A stretch of DNA of 64,000 bases, from assembly GCF_048263735.1 (NCBI RefSeq), contig NZ_JBLXDX010000007.1, positions 5,146 to 69,145 of the forward strand. Direction: 5' to 3'. The notes below the pieces were generated by a model. That model ran no database searches. It had not been told where the DNA came from and saw only the letters and a program-made list of their open reading frames with translations. The position numbers and the translations under genes are program-made. Shown in pieces: positions 29,015-40,884 of this stretch; position 1 is the first letter of the stretch; each line of letters starts with the position of its first letter. Source of the stretch: Pseudidiomarina aestuarii (GTDB taxonomy: Bacteria; Pseudomonadota; Gammaproteobacteria; Enterobacterales; Alteromonadaceae).

Positions 29015-30409
29015 TTAATTCATCGCGAGGAGAACGCGTTTGTTATCCTGCAGCAGCGCCATCCGTTGGTCCGCAATTTCTTTGAAGCGCGGCATTTCTG
29101 TTTTCGCCAAAGCTTCAGCTTGCGGGAGTTCGACCGTCCGCGGATTGCGGTGCACACCATCTACCAAAAACTCGTAATGCAAGTGCGCGCCAGTGACTCG
29201 ACCCGTCGCACCAACTCGACCAATCAGATCGCCCTGGCGGACCCGTTGACCGTTTTTCACGAGGCGCTTACTGAGGTGTAAGTACTTGGTGACGTAGCGT
29301 TCGCCGTGCTGGATGAACACATAGTTACCATTGAGGTTGTTATAAGCACTGGCAATGACTTTACCGTCGCCAGAGGACATCACCGGCGTTCCCACATTGG
29401 CCGCATAATCAATGCCGTTGTGCGGGCGCACCTGACCGGTGACCGGGTGCATGCGACGTGGGTTGAAGCTGGAACTGATATACGTAAATTTCACCGGTGA
29501 CCGTAGGAACGACTTACGCATCGCGCGACCGTCGGCCGTGTAGTAATCGCCATTGTCATGGAGTATGGCGACGAACGACTTACTACGATTCACAAATTCT
29601 GCGGCTAAAATGCGGCCATACCCGACAAAATCTCCGTCTGCGTAACGCTTCTCATAGAGCACGCTGAACTCATCACCCGAGCGAATATCGAGGGCGAAAT
29701 CGATATCCCAACCGAACATATCGGCGAGTGCCATGATTTGGCTTTCGTTCATGCCTGCATCAATGGCTGCGTTCCAAAAATTCGACTTGATAGTTGCGTG
29801 CGCAAAGCTTTCGCGGACTTCTATCGACTTACTTTCCACTTCGCTGACATAACCCGCTGTGGTCTTGGTCATAATCAGCGTTTCGATAGGATTCAATTGG
29901 TAGGCAAGCTGCACTAAATCGCCCGCTTCGTTGCGCGCGAATCGGAGGGTGTCACCAGGATGAATCTTGCGCAGAGTCTTTTCACCCTGAGGGTCACGCG
30001 TTACTTGATAGAGTTGCTGTGGGGTTAAGCCCATGCGATCAAAGATCAGCGCTAAGCTATCCCCACTACGAACTTCGTAGCCGGTCCATTTAATATCGTT
30101 TAAAGTTGCTACAGGGTCAGGCACTAACTCAATGTCAGTCATCTCTGTTTCGGCGGGAGCCTCAGGTTTTGCCTCTGGCAACTTCAATTCCAACTGGTAA
30201 CGTTGCCCGAGCATGAGCTCTTGGGTCGGAATCAGTGGGTCGGTTGTTTGTTTGGAGGCACTCGCAGGTTCTGTTGGAATAAACAGAAACAAAAGCGTGA
30301 ACGAGCATACCGCGGCGAGCAACACTTGGTGTCGACGTGGTAATTGTTTCACCAGCGAAGTAGCGCGCCGCGCTGCTGTCGCTGCGAGTTGTCGAGGAAC
30401 TGACTTCAT
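29015..30409 (-). CDS. M23 peptidoglycan DD-endopeptidase (OapA-N/LysM/M23; MepM-like)
   Basis: LPRRH TM anchor, LysM-like VRSGDSL, HNGIDY and HLHYE zinc motifs. Confidence 0.9.
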   Translation of the reverse strand: MKSVPRQLAATAARRATSLVKQLPRRHQVLLAAVCSFTLLFLFIPTEPASASKQTTDPLIPTQELMLGQRYQLELKLPEAKPEAPAETEMTDIELVPDPVATLNDIKWTGYEVRSGDSLALIFDRMGLTPQQLYQVTRDPQGEKTLRKIHPGDTLRFARNEAGDLVQLAYQLNPIETLIMTKTTAGYVSEVESKSIEVRESFAHATIKSNFWNAAIDAGMNESQIMALADMFGWDIDFALDIRSGDEFSVLYEKRYADGDFVGYGRILAAEFVNRSKSFVAILHDNGDYYTADGRAMRKSFLRSPVKFTYISSSFNPRRMHPVTGQVRPHNGIDYAANVGTPVMSSGDGKVIASAYNNLNGNYVFIQHGERYVTKYLHLSKRLVKNGQRVRQGDLIGRVGATGRVTGAHLHYEFLVDGVHRNPRTVELPQAEALAKTEMPRFKEIADQRMALLQDNKRVLLAMN

Positions 30410-30546
30410 ACTATTCCATCTAGTTAGCGCACAAATTATCTTTTATTCTGACCGCAGAATAATACGAAGTGTGCTGATTTTCCAGTTGCTTTACCATACA
30501 ATGCTGCGTTTACACCAAGATTCTGTAGGTCAGGAGAAACGAGACT

Positions 30547-31749
30547 ATGACAATGGCAGTGGCGGATGCGTTCGCAGAGTTGGCGCGAGGCACGGAAGAA
30601 ATACTTCTTGCCGATGAGCTAAAAGATAAACTTTCGAGCGGTAAACCATTGGTTATTAAGGCTGGTTTCGATCCAACTGCGCCTGATTTGCACCTCGGAC
30701 ATACCGTCCTTATCAATAAGATGAAGGCCTTTCAGGACTTCGGTCACAAGGTCATCTTCTTAATTGGTGATTTCACCGGCATGATTGGTGATCCGACTGG
30801 AAAAAATGTCACGCGCAAGCCACTGACGCGCGAAGATGTGCTGAAAAACGCACAAACCTACAAAGAACAAGTGTTCAAAATTCTCGATCCGGCCAAAACC
30901 GAAATTCGGTTTAATTCTGAGTGGATGACCGATCTTGGTGCCGCTGGAATGATCAAATTGGCGGCACAACAAACTGTCGCGCGGATGTTAGAGCGCGATG
31001 ATTTCAAAAAGCGTTATGCAGGCGGTCAACCGATTGCCATTCATGAGTTCTTGTATCCGTTAGTACAAGGGTGGGACTCTGTTGCGTTGCAAGCTGACGT
31101 CGAGTTAGGCGGGACGGATCAGCGCTTCAATCTGTTGATGGGTCGTGAGCTGCAGAAAGACGAAGGCCAACGCCCACAAACCGTCATGATGATGCCATTG
31201 CTTGAAGGCCTCGATGGCGTGCAGAAGATGTCGAAGTCGCTGGGCAACTACATTGGCATTACTGAGCCTGCTAACGATATGTTTGGCAAGGTGATGTCGG
31301 TTTCTGATGAACTCATGTGGCGTTACTATGAGTTGTTGAGCTTCCGTCCATTAGACGAGATTGCTGGCTTCAAGCAGGCAATCGCGGCAGGTGCTAATCC
31401 TCGCGATTACAAAGTCTTGCTCGCCAAAGAGCTCATTGCGCGTTTCCATGATGAAGCGGCTGCGGATGCTGCCGAGCAAGACTTTATTCAGCGCTTCAGT
31501 AAAAATGCGATTCCAGATGAAATGCCGGAATTGACACTGTCGAGTGACGACGGCTCAATGGCTATCGCAAATCTCCTCAAAGCGGCAGATTTAGTGGCGT
31601 CGACCTCAGATGCGATGCGTATGATCAAACAAGGCGCAGTCAAAATTGATGGCGAGAAAGTGGATGATACGCGACTGCTCGTAGAAGCTGGTTCAACGGC
31701 GGTTTATCAGGTCGGTAAACGCAAGTTCGCGCGAATTACACTCGCGTAA
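30547..31749 (+). CDS. tyrS: Tyrosine-tRNA ligase
   Basis: [18 protein letters not shown] and C-terminal S4 domain. Confidence 0.97.
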   Translation: MTMAVADAFAELARGTEEILLADELKDKLSSGKPLVIKAGFDPTAPDLHLGHTVLINKMKAFQDFGHKVIFLIGDFTGMIGDPTGKNVTRKPLTREDVLKNAQTYKEQVFKILDPAKTEIRFNSEWMTDLGAAGMIKLAAQQTVARMLERDDFKKRYAGGQPIAIHEFLYPLVQGWDSVALQADVELGGTDQRFNLLMGRELQKDEGQRPQTVMMMPLLEGLDGVQKMSKSLGNYIGITEPANDMFGKVMSVSDELMWRYYELLSFRPLDEIAGFKQAIAAGANPRDYKVLLAKELIARFHDEAAADAAEQDFIQRFSKNAIPDEMPELTLSSDDGSMAIANLLKAADLVASTSDAMRMIKQGAVKIDGEKVDDTRLLVEAGSTAVYQVGKRKFARITLA

Positions 31750-31771
31750 GTTAGGCAAGTAACTGCTTATT

Positions 31772-32605
31772 TTAGGTCGTTTCGGGTGGCAATGCTGATT
31801 GCTGCTCGAAGCGTCGCTCCGGCCAGCGCATCAAGGTTAAGTGCTCACCCCAGACACACCCTGTGTCGAGACCAATCACATCATCACGCCCAGTTTCACC
31901 CATTAATGCCGCCCAATGACCAAAGATTAATGTTTGCTCAGTAACCGGCCAGAGTTCGAACCAAGGGATAAGATGTTCCGGCTTATCACCGGCACTGGGA
32001 GCCATCTTGGCTTTCAGGTCGAGCGCACCGTCGCTGGTACAAAACCGCATCCGGGTAAACGCGTTGATGATAAAACGATAGCGCTCGGAACCAGATAGGT
32101 CATCCTGCCAACAAGCCGGAGAGTTTCCGTACATGTCACTCAGAAAGACTTCTAACTCAGCCGCGCTGGCGCTTTTTAAGAGCTCTTCAACTTCGCGGGC
32201 GTATGTTGCTGCCTGAGCCGCTGTCCACCACGGGTAGATACCAGCATGACTCATAACACAGTCGTAATCTTGACGCAGCAGAGGTTGCCGACACAGCCAT
32301 TCAATTAAAGCATCGCGATCGGCGACTGATTGGTCGAGGAGCAGGGCTAATTTATCTTTGGGATTGGCCTCTCGTTGACCAAGTAGAATGGCCAATAGGT
32401 TAAGGTCGTGATTGCCCAACGTCATTTTGAAACTGTTGCCGAGTTGGCGTACCAGTTGCCAACAACCGAGTGAATCTTGGCCGCGTGCCACCAAGTCACC
32501 CACACACCACAGTTCATCGTGGCGAGGATTAAAGCTGACGCGCTCTAGCAAGCTATCGAGCTCGGCTCGACAGCCCTGAACATCGCCTACCAGATACCTT
32601 GCCAT
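31772..32605 (-). CDS. apaH: Symmetrical bis(5'-nucleosyl)-tetraphosphatase
   Basis: GDVQGC, GDLVARG, GNHD, FGHWAAL and DTGCVWG motifs. Confidence 0.95.
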   Translation of the reverse strand: MARYLVGDVQGCRAELDSLLERVSFNPRHDELWCVGDLVARGQDSLGCWQLVRQLGNSFKMTLGNHDLNLLAILLGQREANPKDKLALLLDQSVADRDALIEWLCRQPLLRQDYDCVMSHAGIYPWWTAAQAATYAREVEELLKSASAAELEVFLSDMYGNSPACWQDDLSGSERYRFIINAFTRMRFCTSDGALDLKAKMAPSAGDKPEHLIPWFELWPVTEQTLIFGHWAALMGETGRDDVIGLDTGCVWGEHLTLMRWPERRFEQQSALPPETT

Positions 32606-32614
32606 GGCGCGACC

Positions 32615-32983
32615 TTAGTGCAGAATATTCGGAACAGCGAGTCGGAACGACGGGATTTCGACAATAAACTGATCGCCCGTATGAGTGACCATGCCGTAAT
32701 GGCCATGCATCATGCCCAGCGGTGTCGCAATCACCGTTCCACTGGTATACGTGAAGCTCTCGCCAGCCGCAATTTTAGGCTGCTGACCTACCACGCCATC
32801 ACCGGCTACTCGGGTAATTTTGTGATCAGCATCCGTAATTTGCCATGACCGATTCAGGAGTTGCACTGGGTGTTCACCATTATTCGTGATGGTGATGGTA
32901 TAGGCGAAAACATACTGTCCTTCGGACGGCACGGATTGGGCGTTTAGATACTGCGTTTTGACGTCAATCTCGATGTGGTTCAT
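32615..32983 (-). CDS. apaG: ApaG protein
   Basis: [18 protein letters not shown] and YTSG motifs; start probably ATG 32983. Confidence 0.93.
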   Translation of the reverse strand: MNHIEIDVKTQYLNAQSVPSEGQYVFAYTITITNNGEHPVQLLNRSWQITDADHKITRVAGDGVVGQQPKIAAGESFTYTSGTVIATPLGMMHGHYGMVTHTGDQFIVEIPSFRLAVPNILH

Positions 32984-33776
32984 TCTCAAAATACCAATTT
33001 GCAAGGCGACAAAAATCCGCTACTGAGAGCGTCTCGGGACGAGCATCAGGGTCGATATCCAGCGCTCGTAATTGGTCATCAGACATAATCGACTTTAAAT
33101 TATTCCGGATGGTTTTCCGGCGTTGATTAAAGGCCATCAGACAAATGGTGTGCAGAGCTTTGCGATCATGCACAGGATACGGTGACTCTTTGTATGGAAC
33201 TAAACGAACCACCGCAGATTCAACTTTCGGTGGTGGTGTAAATGCATCTGGTGGTACCAAGAGCACAAATTCAACGGCACACGCTTGTTGCACACTCACA
33301 CTGATCCGGCCGTAAGCCTTACTGCCATGTTCTGCAGCAAGCCGCTCGACCACTTCTTTCTGCAGCATAAAATGCATGTCTTGAATGACTTCAAGATGCT
33401 CAAGCAGGTGAAAGATCAGCGGTGTGGAAATGTTATAAGGCAAGTTCCCGAATACTCGCAACGGTTGATCGTCACGAACGAACTGGCGGAAATCGGTTTT
33501 GAGGGCATCACCACGATGCACCGCTAACTTTTTCGATAAAAACGGATGACGCTCAAGTCGGTCCGCAAGGTCGCGGTCTAGCTCGACTACCGTAAGGTGG
33601 TCAATGCGTTCACAGACCGGCTCGGTCAGTGCCGCCAAGCCGGGACCAATCTCGATGAGATGCTCACCTGGCATGGGGTTGATGGCGTCCACAATATCGT
33701 TGATGACAAAAGTATCGTGGAGGAAGTTTTGACCAAAGCGCTTTCGTGCGCGGTGGCCTAAATGCGTTTTACTCAT
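32964..33776 (-). CDS. rsmA: 16S rRNA m6,2A1518/1519 dimethyltransferase
   Basis: [13 protein letters not shown] and [11 protein letters not shown] motifs. Confidence 0.97.
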   Translation of the reverse strand: MSKTHLGHRARKRFGQNFLHDTFVINDIVDAINPMPGEHLIEIGPGLAALTEPVCERIDHLTVVELDRDLADRLERHPFLSKKLAVHRGDALKTDFRQFVRDDQPLRVFGNLPYNISTPLIFHLLEHLEVIQDMHFMLQKEVVERLAAEHGSKAYGRISVSVQQACAVEFVLLVPPDAFTPPPKVESAVVRLVPYKESPYPVHDRKALHTICLMAFNQRRKTIRNNLKSIMSDDQLRALDIDPDARPETLSVADFCRLANWYFENEPHRD

Positions 33777-34753
33777 GCATTCACCATGGCTAGGGCAGTT
33801 TCTAGCGCAACTTGGGCGCTGCCAATGTCGATAGTCGATGTTCCGGCGCGATCCAATGCGGTGCCGTGGTCGACTGAGGTGCGCACGTAGGGTAATCCTA
33901 ACGTGATATTTACTGCTTGTCCGAAGCCTTTGTATTTTAGCACCGGTAAACCTTGGTCATGATACATTGCCACAACCGCATCGGCATGGTCGATGTAATG
34001 CGGTTGAAAAACCGTGTCCGCAGGCCATGGACCGCTGGCATTCATTCCTTCAGTTTGCGCTTCTTGAATCGCTGGTTCAATGACCTCGATTTCTTCTCGA
34101 CCCAAGTGCCCACTTTCACCTGCATGCGGATTTAAACCGCAGACGAGAAGACGTGGCTCGGCAATGCCAAATTTGTGTTTTAAGTCGTGGTGAACAATGC
34201 GCAACACCGACAAGACCTTCGTGTGCGTAATGGCCGCCGGAACCGCTAGCAATGGCAAATGGGTGGTTACCAGTGCGACACGAAGTCCAGCAGTGGCGAG
34301 CATCATGACCACTTGTGGGACGTCTGCTTGCTGTTGAAAAAATTCAGTGTGGCCGCTAAAAGCAATGCCAGCGTCATTGATGACGCCCTTGTGCACAGGA
34401 CCGGTGACGACGGCATCAAATTCACCGGTGAGACAACCTGACCCAGCCCGGGTTAAGGTGGCAACCACATAAGCGCTATTCGCACTGTTCAATTGACCAG
34501 CTTGACAGGATACTGCCATGGTCTCGGGCGCAATAGTCAGCGTTCCAGCGGCTTGGGCTTGCGGTTGTTGGTGTGCTTGGTAGGGCAAAAGACGCAACGG
34601 CAACCCGAGGGTTGCCGCACGTGATTCAAGTAGAGCAGGGTCCGCAATCACCACCAATTCGCAAGGCCACGCTTGTTGTGCCAGCATGATGATGATGTCG
34701 GGGCCGATGCCTGCCGGTTCACCCGGCGTAAACGCAATCCGCGCTATTTTCAT
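33773..34753 (-). CDS. pdxA: 4-hydroxythreonine-4-phosphate dehydrogenase
   Basis: [26 protein letters not shown] and RTSVDHGTA motifs. Confidence 0.97.
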   Translation of the reverse strand: MKIARIAFTPGEPAGIGPDIIIMLAQQAWPCELVVIADPALLESRAATLGLPLRLLPYQAHQQPQAQAAGTLTIAPETMAVSCQAGQLNSANSAYVVATLTRAGSGCLTGEFDAVVTGPVHKGVINDAGIAFSGHTEFFQQQADVPQVVMMLATAGLRVALVTTHLPLLAVPAAITHTKVLSVLRIVHHDLKHKFGIAEPRLLVCGLNPHAGESGHLGREEIEVIEPAIQEAQTEGMNASGPWPADTVFQPHYIDHADAVVAMYHDQGLPVLKYKGFGQAVNITLGLPYVRTSVDHGTALDRAGTSTIDIGSAQVALETALAMVNA

Positions 34754-36033
34754 TCACCGACCTGTTCAATATAGGCTTGGTCGCGAATTTCCTGCTGCCA
34801 ATTCTCAAGTTCTTCTTGGTACTTGCGACTGAACAACATTTGATACGCACGATTCTGTTGGCTGCGTTCTGTCGCATCCTGAGTGCGGCGATCCAGAACT
34901 TCAACAATATGCCAGCCGAATTCCGATTTAAACGGTGCGCTTATTTCACCCACAGGTGCCGTTTCGACGACCCGACGGAATGCATCGGCGAAAATATTTG
35001 GCTCGTTCCAACCCAAATTACCACCATCGGCAGCTGAACCTGGATCAGCTGAATGTTCGCGAGCCAAATCAGCAAAGGTCGCTTCACCATTCATGATTTG
35101 TTGGCGATAGCCTTGCAGCATTTCTTCAGCACGTTTATCGGAAAGAATAATCGACGGTTGAATCAAAATATGACGAGCATTCACTTCCTCAACTTCGACC
35201 GACTCGATACCACGGGTATCGGCAACTTTCAAAATGTGAAAACCCACGCCACTTTTCAAAGGGCCGACTAATTCGCCTTTGCGCTTGTCACGCACAACTT
35301 CAGCAAACAAAGTTGGCATCGCGTTAATGTTCATCCAGCCTAAATCACCCCCTTCTAGGGCGGTGCTGCCAGATGATGTAGTGATAGCTGCTTCAGCAAA
35401 GTCTGCACCGTTGCGCAGGCGCTCTAAGACTTGCTCAGCACGCTCACGGGCTTCTTGGGTTTCTGCACTGCTCGCACCATCGCGAACGCCAATCAGAATG
35501 TGACTGAGGCGATATTCGACCTCTTGCTCAGACATGTCGCTTATCATTTTGGTAAGGTTATTAATCTCTTGCGGTGATACATAGACACGTTGCTGTACTG
35601 CGTTCCGCTGCACTTGCCCTGTGATCATTTCGCGGCGAACTGATTCGCGATAGTTATCCCAACTCATACCGTCACTGGCAATTTGCTCGCGCATTTGATC
35701 GATAGTCACGCCGGAGTCTTGAGCAATGCTGTTCAGAGTTGCTTGCAATTGCGCGTCACTGACTTCAATACCCATCCGTCGCGCCATCTGCAGTTGCAGT
35801 TCACGTAGCACCAAACGATCAATGGCTTGCACCCGCAACACTTCATCAGCGGGCAAGCTCATATTCTCGCGTTGAGCATTTTGCTTCACCTGGGTCAGCA
35901 TTTGTTGTACTTCACTCTCCAGTACCACACCGTCATTAACGATGACGGCGACTCGATCGAGCTCTTGTGCTGACGCGGTAACACTGGTGAAGCCGATAAT
36001 GGCTGCGCACAGCAGAACATAAAGTTGTTTCAT
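34750..36033 (-). CDS. surA: Periplasmic chaperone/PPIase SurA
   Basis: Signal peptide, [14 protein letters not shown], two parvulin domains (GGDLGW, GGNLGW). Confidence 0.96.
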   Translation of the reverse strand: MKQLYVLLCAAIIGFTSVTASAQELDRVAVIVNDGVVLESEVQQMLTQVKQNAQRENMSLPADEVLRVQAIDRLVLRELQLQMARRMGIEVSDAQLQATLNSIAQDSGVTIDQMREQIASDGMSWDNYRESVRREMITGQVQRNAVQQRVYVSPQEINNLTKMISDMSEQEVEYRLSHILIGVRDGASSAETQEARERAEQVLERLRNGADFAEAAITTSSGSTALEGGDLGWMNINAMPTLFAEVVRDKRKGELVGPLKSGVGFHILKVADTRGIESVEVEEVNARHILIQPSIILSDKRAEEMLQGYRQQIMNGEATFADLAREHSADPGSAADGGNLGWNEPNIFADAFRRVVETAPVGEISAPFKSEFGWHIVEVLDRRTQDATERSQQNRAYQMLFSRKYQEELENWQQEIRDQAYIEQVGE

Positions 36034-36042
36034 GAATACTAC

Positions 36043-38331
36043 CTAGTTACTTAAATGGAAGGGGTGGCGATAGCCAAACAGGCTTTGCTCAAGCATATCG
36101 AGCAAACTCCGGTCATCGCTGCCGAGCCCTTTTATAATAAATTGTACACTAATTCCGTTGTCGAATTCCGGCGCGTTTGCAATCGGATCGATCAGCTGTT
36201 GTTCAACATTTCGATTGATTCGGCGATACGCACTGAAGCGAACTGCCCAACAACAATCGCTGTATTGTAATGCCAATAGGGCATCATTACTGCGCTTGTT
36301 TTGCAAATCGTAATACCAATTCGACGCCATTTGCCAACGTGGCGTTAACTCAACCACGGCTTGAAAACCAAGCTGTTCAATATTGTCATCGAGAATGTTG
36401 GTCACGTTACGATGACTGAACTGAACTAGATTCATATCATCTTTGCGATATTCCAGTGCAGTCTGACTCTTCTGAGTACGATTGAGTTCCATATCGTATT
36501 GAACTGCGCTATTAAAAAACCAACTATCACTCAAACGGAACCGTGTTTCGAGTGCGATATCCGAACGATTTGTCATCACGGCGCTGCTATCATCGAACAG
36601 CTGGGTGCGACTATCCTCAAAGTAATAAATTTGCGCCAAACTAATGCGTGCAAGTTCTCTTGCTTGCGCATCAAAGATACTGCTACTAGCACCTACGGTC
36701 ACTTGGTTGGCATCTGCAATTCGGTCTAGACCGGTAAAGCGACGTGCGCGAAAGAGGCCGCGATAATCGTCTTGCATGATGGTGGAGTCATAAATGCCAA
36801 TGCCAGTTTGATCGCGAAAGGGTACATACAAATATTGCACCTGAGGTTGCAGGGTTTGATGATAATCGGTGCCATTCCATTCAAAGTCACGTTCGAGGTT
36901 GAGGCGTCCACGCCACCGCACCGTCGGTAAACCGCGATCAGGATTTTCTTCTCGACCATCGAATGTGTTGGCTTGTTGATCGTAGCGCGTGTACGAATAA
37001 CCGACTTCCGCTAGCCAGTCGTACGCGGGGCGTTCAACCGCAAACTTAACCTGTGGCTCAAGATGGATTCGGGTCGCATAGTCACTGCTGACGTCTTGGT
37101 TACGAAAATGGCTGAGTTCTGAGAACAGTGAGTATTCAAGCCCAATGTCATCAGTAAAAGTGTAGAAACTACTCGCTTGTGGCAGCGTTCGATAAGGTGA
37201 GCGGAAATTACCGAGTAGCTCGAAATCTTCTGCACGAATGGTCACTTGCCAATCATCGGTAAGGTAGTTGGCTTGCACTTGACGATACAATTGCGCATCC
37301 GCACGACCGGCAAAATCACTGCCAATGTCATTCAGATAATCGTCGTCACTCACTCCGATGGCATTCACATAAGAGCGCCACTGCTCGCTCCACTGTTGCT
37401 CGTGCTCGACCCGCCATAAAAAGCGCGAATTATCGGTGGGTAAGCTGTCGTCTTCATTCAAATATGCGAGGTTAAATTCACCGCCACCTTGCTGGCTTAA
37501 ATAGCGATATTCACCCTGCAATTGCAAACCACGCTCTGCCATGTACCGCGGCGCAAGCGTTGCGTCCATATTGGGTGCAATATTGAAGTAATAAGGTATT
37601 TCAACCTCAAAGCCGTTTTTCTGTGATGAGCGAATGGTCGGGAATAGGAAACCTGACTTACGTTCATCGGTTACCGGGAAATTAAGATATGGAACCCATA
37701 AAACGGGCACACCAAACAACTCAAACTTTGCATTCCATGCCTCACCGAACGCTTCGTTTTCGCTAATCGCAATGGTTTCAGCACTCAATTGCCAAGCGGG
37801 CTCTTCTTCGGGGCACGTCGTAAAGGTCGAGCCTTCCAGCAGTACTTCGGCAGGAGAAATCGACAAAACATCTGCTCGGCCGCGCGCGCCTGCGCCACTC
37901 ATTTGATAGCGAGCACCGCTCAAATAGGCACGGTTTTCACCGGAGTTGAGACGAAAGTTTTCACTTTGAACTTGCACATACCCATCGGTAAATTGGGTGG
38001 CGCCGCTGGCATTAATATTGCCCGTTTCTTGGTTTATTTGGGCATTTTCGGTGCGTAACTGCTGCGCGCCATAATGCACTTCAACATTACCGAAATACGA
38101 AGCCAGTTGCGTTTCTGAGTCAATGTCTGCGCCGTCTGCACGCACACCAATGGCTTCAGCAGGCAGATTCTCGAATGGTTGGATCGGTTGACTCAACAGT
38201 GGCGCTGGGATGGGGCACAAGCCAGTGTAGATAGCAGGAGCTGTTGTCTCTTGAGCTGCGACTGATCCGTATGCAGTGCTGGTTAATATCAGCACAGCCA
38301 GCCAGCTTCTCTCCTGCAACCTTCTACTCAT
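36043..38331 (-). CDS. lptD: LPS assembly protein LptD
   Basis: FTTCP, SGFLFP, PYYFNIAPN, DRIADANQ and YSDCCW motifs; upstream of surA. Confidence 0.96.
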   Translation of the reverse strand: MSRRLQERSWLAVLILTSTAYGSVAAQETTAPAIYTGLCPIPAPLLSQPIQPFENLPAEAIGVRADGADIDSETQLASYFGNVEVHYGAQQLRTENAQINQETGNINASGATQFTDGYVQVQSENFRLNSGENRAYLSGARYQMSGAGARGRADVLSISPAEVLLEGSTFTTCPEEEPAWQLSAETIAISENEAFGEAWNAKFELFGVPVLWVPYLNFPVTDERKSGFLFPTIRSSQKNGFEVEIPYYFNIAPNMDATLAPRYMAERGLQLQGEYRYLSQQGGGEFNLAYLNEDDSLPTDNSRFLWRVEHEQQWSEQWRSYVNAIGVSDDDYLNDIGSDFAGRADAQLYRQVQANYLTDDWQVTIRAEDFELLGNFRSPYRTLPQASSFYTFTDDIGLEYSLFSELSHFRNQDVSSDYATRIHLEPQVKFAVERPAYDWLAEVGYSYTRYDQQANTFDGREENPDRGLPTVRWRGRLNLERDFEWNGTDYHQTLQPQVQYLYVPFRDQTGIGIYDSTIMQDDYRGLFRARRFTGLDRIADANQVTVGASSSIFDAQARELARISLAQIYYFEDSRTQLFDDSSAVMTNRSDIALETRFRLSDSWFFNSAVQYDMELNRTQKSQTALEYRKDDMNLVQFSHRNVTNILDDNIEQLGFQAVVELTPRWQMASNWYYDLQNKRSNDALLALQYSDCCWAVRFSAYRRINRNVEQQLIDPIANAPEFDNGISVQFIIKGLGSDDRSLLDMLEQSLFGYRHPFHLSN

Positions 38332-38414
38332 TTGTGTGCGTATCCAGAGTTGTCCTTTCTTATGTGCAGGGTATGATAAAGCAATTTATTGTCTCCTGCC
38401 AGAAAGGATCGTGT

Positions 38415-39419
38415 GTGGAAAATCAACGTGAAATAGAGCTGCAAGCATGGAGTGAAGCGGTTACTGGACACAGTCAAGGACGCTTGCAACCGGTTTCAGG
38501 GGATGCCAGCTTTCGACGCTACTTTCGAACGCATGACGGCATGCGCAGTGTGGTTGCTGTCGATGCACCACCACCGCAAGAATCTTTGCAACCTTTTATG
38601 GCCATAGCAGAAGCTTATGCGGACGCTGGTGTGCAGGTGCCTGAGGTGATTGCAGCCAATGCCGAACATGGTTTTATGCTGCTAACCGACTTGGGCTCGA
38701 CGCTGCTACTGAGCGAACTAACTGAAGCGAATGCCCCAGGCTACTACCGCAAAGCATTGGCTGCTTTGCCGGCTATCATGCAAGTCACTGAGACCAGTGA
38801 GGGCGCGTTACCACCTTATGATGAAGCACTCTTACGACGTGAACTTGGGTTATTCTACGACTGGTTATGTGAAAAGCATTTAAATTTGACGTTCAGTGAT
38901 GCTGAGCGAGACTTGTGGGATGATTTTTGCACCAAAATGGTGCAAAACGCGCTAGATCAACCTCAAGTTGGCGTCCATCGTGACTTTCATGCTCGCAATA
39001 TCATGGTGCTCCCCGAACAGCAGTTGGCTTATATCGATTTCCAAGACGCGGTCAAAGGCCCCATTACCTACGATGCAGTGAGTCTATTACGCGACTGCTA
39101 CGTGCGTTGGCCGACTAAAATGGTGGATGAATTGATGCAGGACTTCCGCGTAACCTTACAGTCTAAGCACTTACTGTCGATGTCGGTATCGGAATCAGAG
39201 TGGCAACGTTGGTTTGATTGGATGGGACTGCAGCGTCACACCAAAGCGGCAGGCATTTTTGCGCGCTTGTATCATCGCGATGGTAAAAAAGGCTATTTGC
39301 AGGATATCCCGCGCACGGTCAGTTATCTGCATGATGTCGCAGCGCGGTATCCAGAATTGACCGAGTATCGATTGTGGTTGCAACAGCGAGTGATGCCAGC
39401 TTTGGCGGAGCATTCTTGA
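38415..39419 (+). CDS. amgK: MurNAc/GlcNAc anomeric kinase AmgK (APH-family)
   Basis: GDASFRRYFR, HRDFHARNIM, IDFQDA and QRH.KAAGIFARL motifs; likely GTG start at 38415 with SD AAGGA. Confidence 0.88.
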   Translation: MENQREIELQAWSEAVTGHSQGRLQPVSGDASFRRYFRTHDGMRSVVAVDAPPPQESLQPFMAIAEAYADAGVQVPEVIAANAEHGFMLLTDLGSTLLLSELTEANAPGYYRKALAALPAIMQVTETSEGALPPYDEALLRRELGLFYDWLCEKHLNLTFSDAERDLWDDFCTKMVQNALDQPQVGVHRDFHARNIMVLPEQQLAYIDFQDAVKGPITYDAVSLLRDCYVRWPTKMVDELMQDFRVTLQSKHLLSMSVSESEWQRWFDWMGLQRHTKAAGIFARLYHRDGKKGYLQDIPRTVSYLHDVAARYPELTEYRLWLQQRVMPALAEHS

Positions 39420-40099
39420 TGCGCGCAATGATTCTGGCCGCTGGGCGTGGTCAACGCATGCGACCATTAACCGATGACCTGCCAAAACCCCTGTTGCGGG
39501 CTGGGCGACATAGTTTAATCGAATACCACCTTTTCAAACTGGCGCAAGTAGGTGTGCGCGAGGTGGTGGTGAATCATGCGTGGCTGGGCGACAAAATTGA
39601 GAAGTACCTCGGCGATGGTTCACGCTACGGAATCAAGATTCATTACTCCCCAGAGCCAGAAGGAGGCTTGGAAACCGCGGGTGGTATTATTCGGGCGTTA
39701 CCGTTGTTAGGAACTGAGCCGTTTTGGGTGATCAACGGTGATATCTATACCGATTTAGATTTTCACGCGTTACCGCAACAACTGGCCAGCGGCATTGATG
39801 CGCATTTGCTGTTGGTTGATAATCCGCCGCATCATCCGCACGGCGATTTTGCCATTCACAACGGTCTGTTGGCGGAGAGTGAAGCTGCCCAAAAGTCGTA
39901 TACCTTTAGTGGTGTCGGCTTATATCGGCCACAATTTTTTTCTAAATATGCAGCCGGAGAGGAACTTTTCCTGCCGTTGCGCCCCTTACTGAATGAAGCG
40001 ATGCAGCAGCAACGTATCAGCGCCTCAGTTTTTTCACAGCGTTGGGTAGATGTGGGAACACCAGAACGTCTTGCCGAGCTGAATAAGGAGTTAGGATGA
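39419..40099 (+). CDS. murU: N-acetylmuramate alpha-1-phosphate uridylyltransferase
   Basis: MRAMILAAGRGQRMRPLTD..PKPLL, LETAGGI, NGD and WVDVGTPERL motifs; coupled to amgK. Confidence 0.9.
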   Translation: MRAMILAAGRGQRMRPLTDDLPKPLLRAGRHSLIEYHLFKLAQVGVREVVVNHAWLGDKIEKYLGDGSRYGIKIHYSPEPEGGLETAGGIIRALPLLGTEPFWVINGDIYTDLDFHALPQQLASGIDAHLLLVDNPPHHPHGDFAIHNGLLAESEAAQKSYTFSGVGLYRPQFFSKYAAGEELFLPLRPLLNEAMQQQRISASVFSQRWVDVGTPERLAELNKELG

Positions 40100-40884
40100 T
40101 TGTCGGAAAGGTTCTGGGAACCTTGTTCGGTGCCATGGTTGGAAAACTATTTGGTGCCATTATTGGGTTTATGATTGGGCATTGGTTCGACACCTCGTTG
40201 CGCAGTGCCATGCGTTCGGGACCATCAGCTCAAGGTGCGCAACACTACACCACTACCTTGTTTGGGGTGTTAGGTCATTTGGCTAAGTCCAAAGGGCGTG
40301 TAACCGAGCAAGACATCGATTACGTGTCGGCATTAATGACTCGCCTACGGTTGCAAGGTGATGCGCAAAAGCGTGCCCAAGAGGCCTTCAGTGAAGGCAA
40401 AGCCAGTGACTATCCGCTGGAAGATAAAGTACGAGCATTGCGACGTCAGTTTGCTTGGCGTCGTGACTTGTTGCAGTTCTTTATGGAACAAGTGCTCATC
40501 ATTGCCATGCATGATGGCACTGTGGAGCAGTCGGAGTACGAGGTGCTTCGGCGCGTCACAGCAACGCTTGGTTTCAGTCAACAGCAGTTGGATGCGTGGC
40601 TATCCATGGCACAAGCAGGACAGCGCTTTACCGGCGGTGGTCAAGCGGGTCGATCAGCCCCTAGTTCTGCTGAGCAATTGCGGAATGCCTATGCTGTGTT
40701 GGGCGTTAGTGATAATGCCAGTGCTGCCGAAGTGAAAAAGGCTTATCGGAAATTGATGGCGAAACATCATCCAGACAAATTGGCTGCGCAAGGTCTACCG
40801 ATGGAAATGCGTGAATCTGCGCAAGCTAAAGCACAAGAAATTCAAGCTGCCTACGAGCTCATCAAAAAGGAACTGGAGCGTTAA
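40096..40884 (+). CDS. djlA: Co-chaperone DjlA
   Basis: N-terminal TM (GKVLG..FG), TerB-like middle region, C-terminal J domain with HPD. Confidence 0.95.
   Translation: MIVGKVLGTLFGAMVGKLFGAIIGFMIGHWFDTSLRSAMRSGPSAQGAQHYTTTLFGVLGHLAKSKGRVTEQDIDYVSALMTRLRLQGDAQKRAQEAFSEGKASDYPLEDKVRALRRQFAWRRDLLQFFMEQVLIIAMHDGTVEQSEYEVLRRVTATLGFSQQQLDAWLSMAQAGQRFTGGGQAGRSAPSSAEQLRNAYAVLGVSDNASAAEVKKAYRKLMAKHHPDKLAAQGLPMEMRESAQAKAQEIQAAYELIKKELER

Noticed and set aside
40862-40884. 23-nt tail-to-tail overlap of djlA and rluA
   Set aside because: Short convergent overlaps are common in compact genomes and both proteins look full length.
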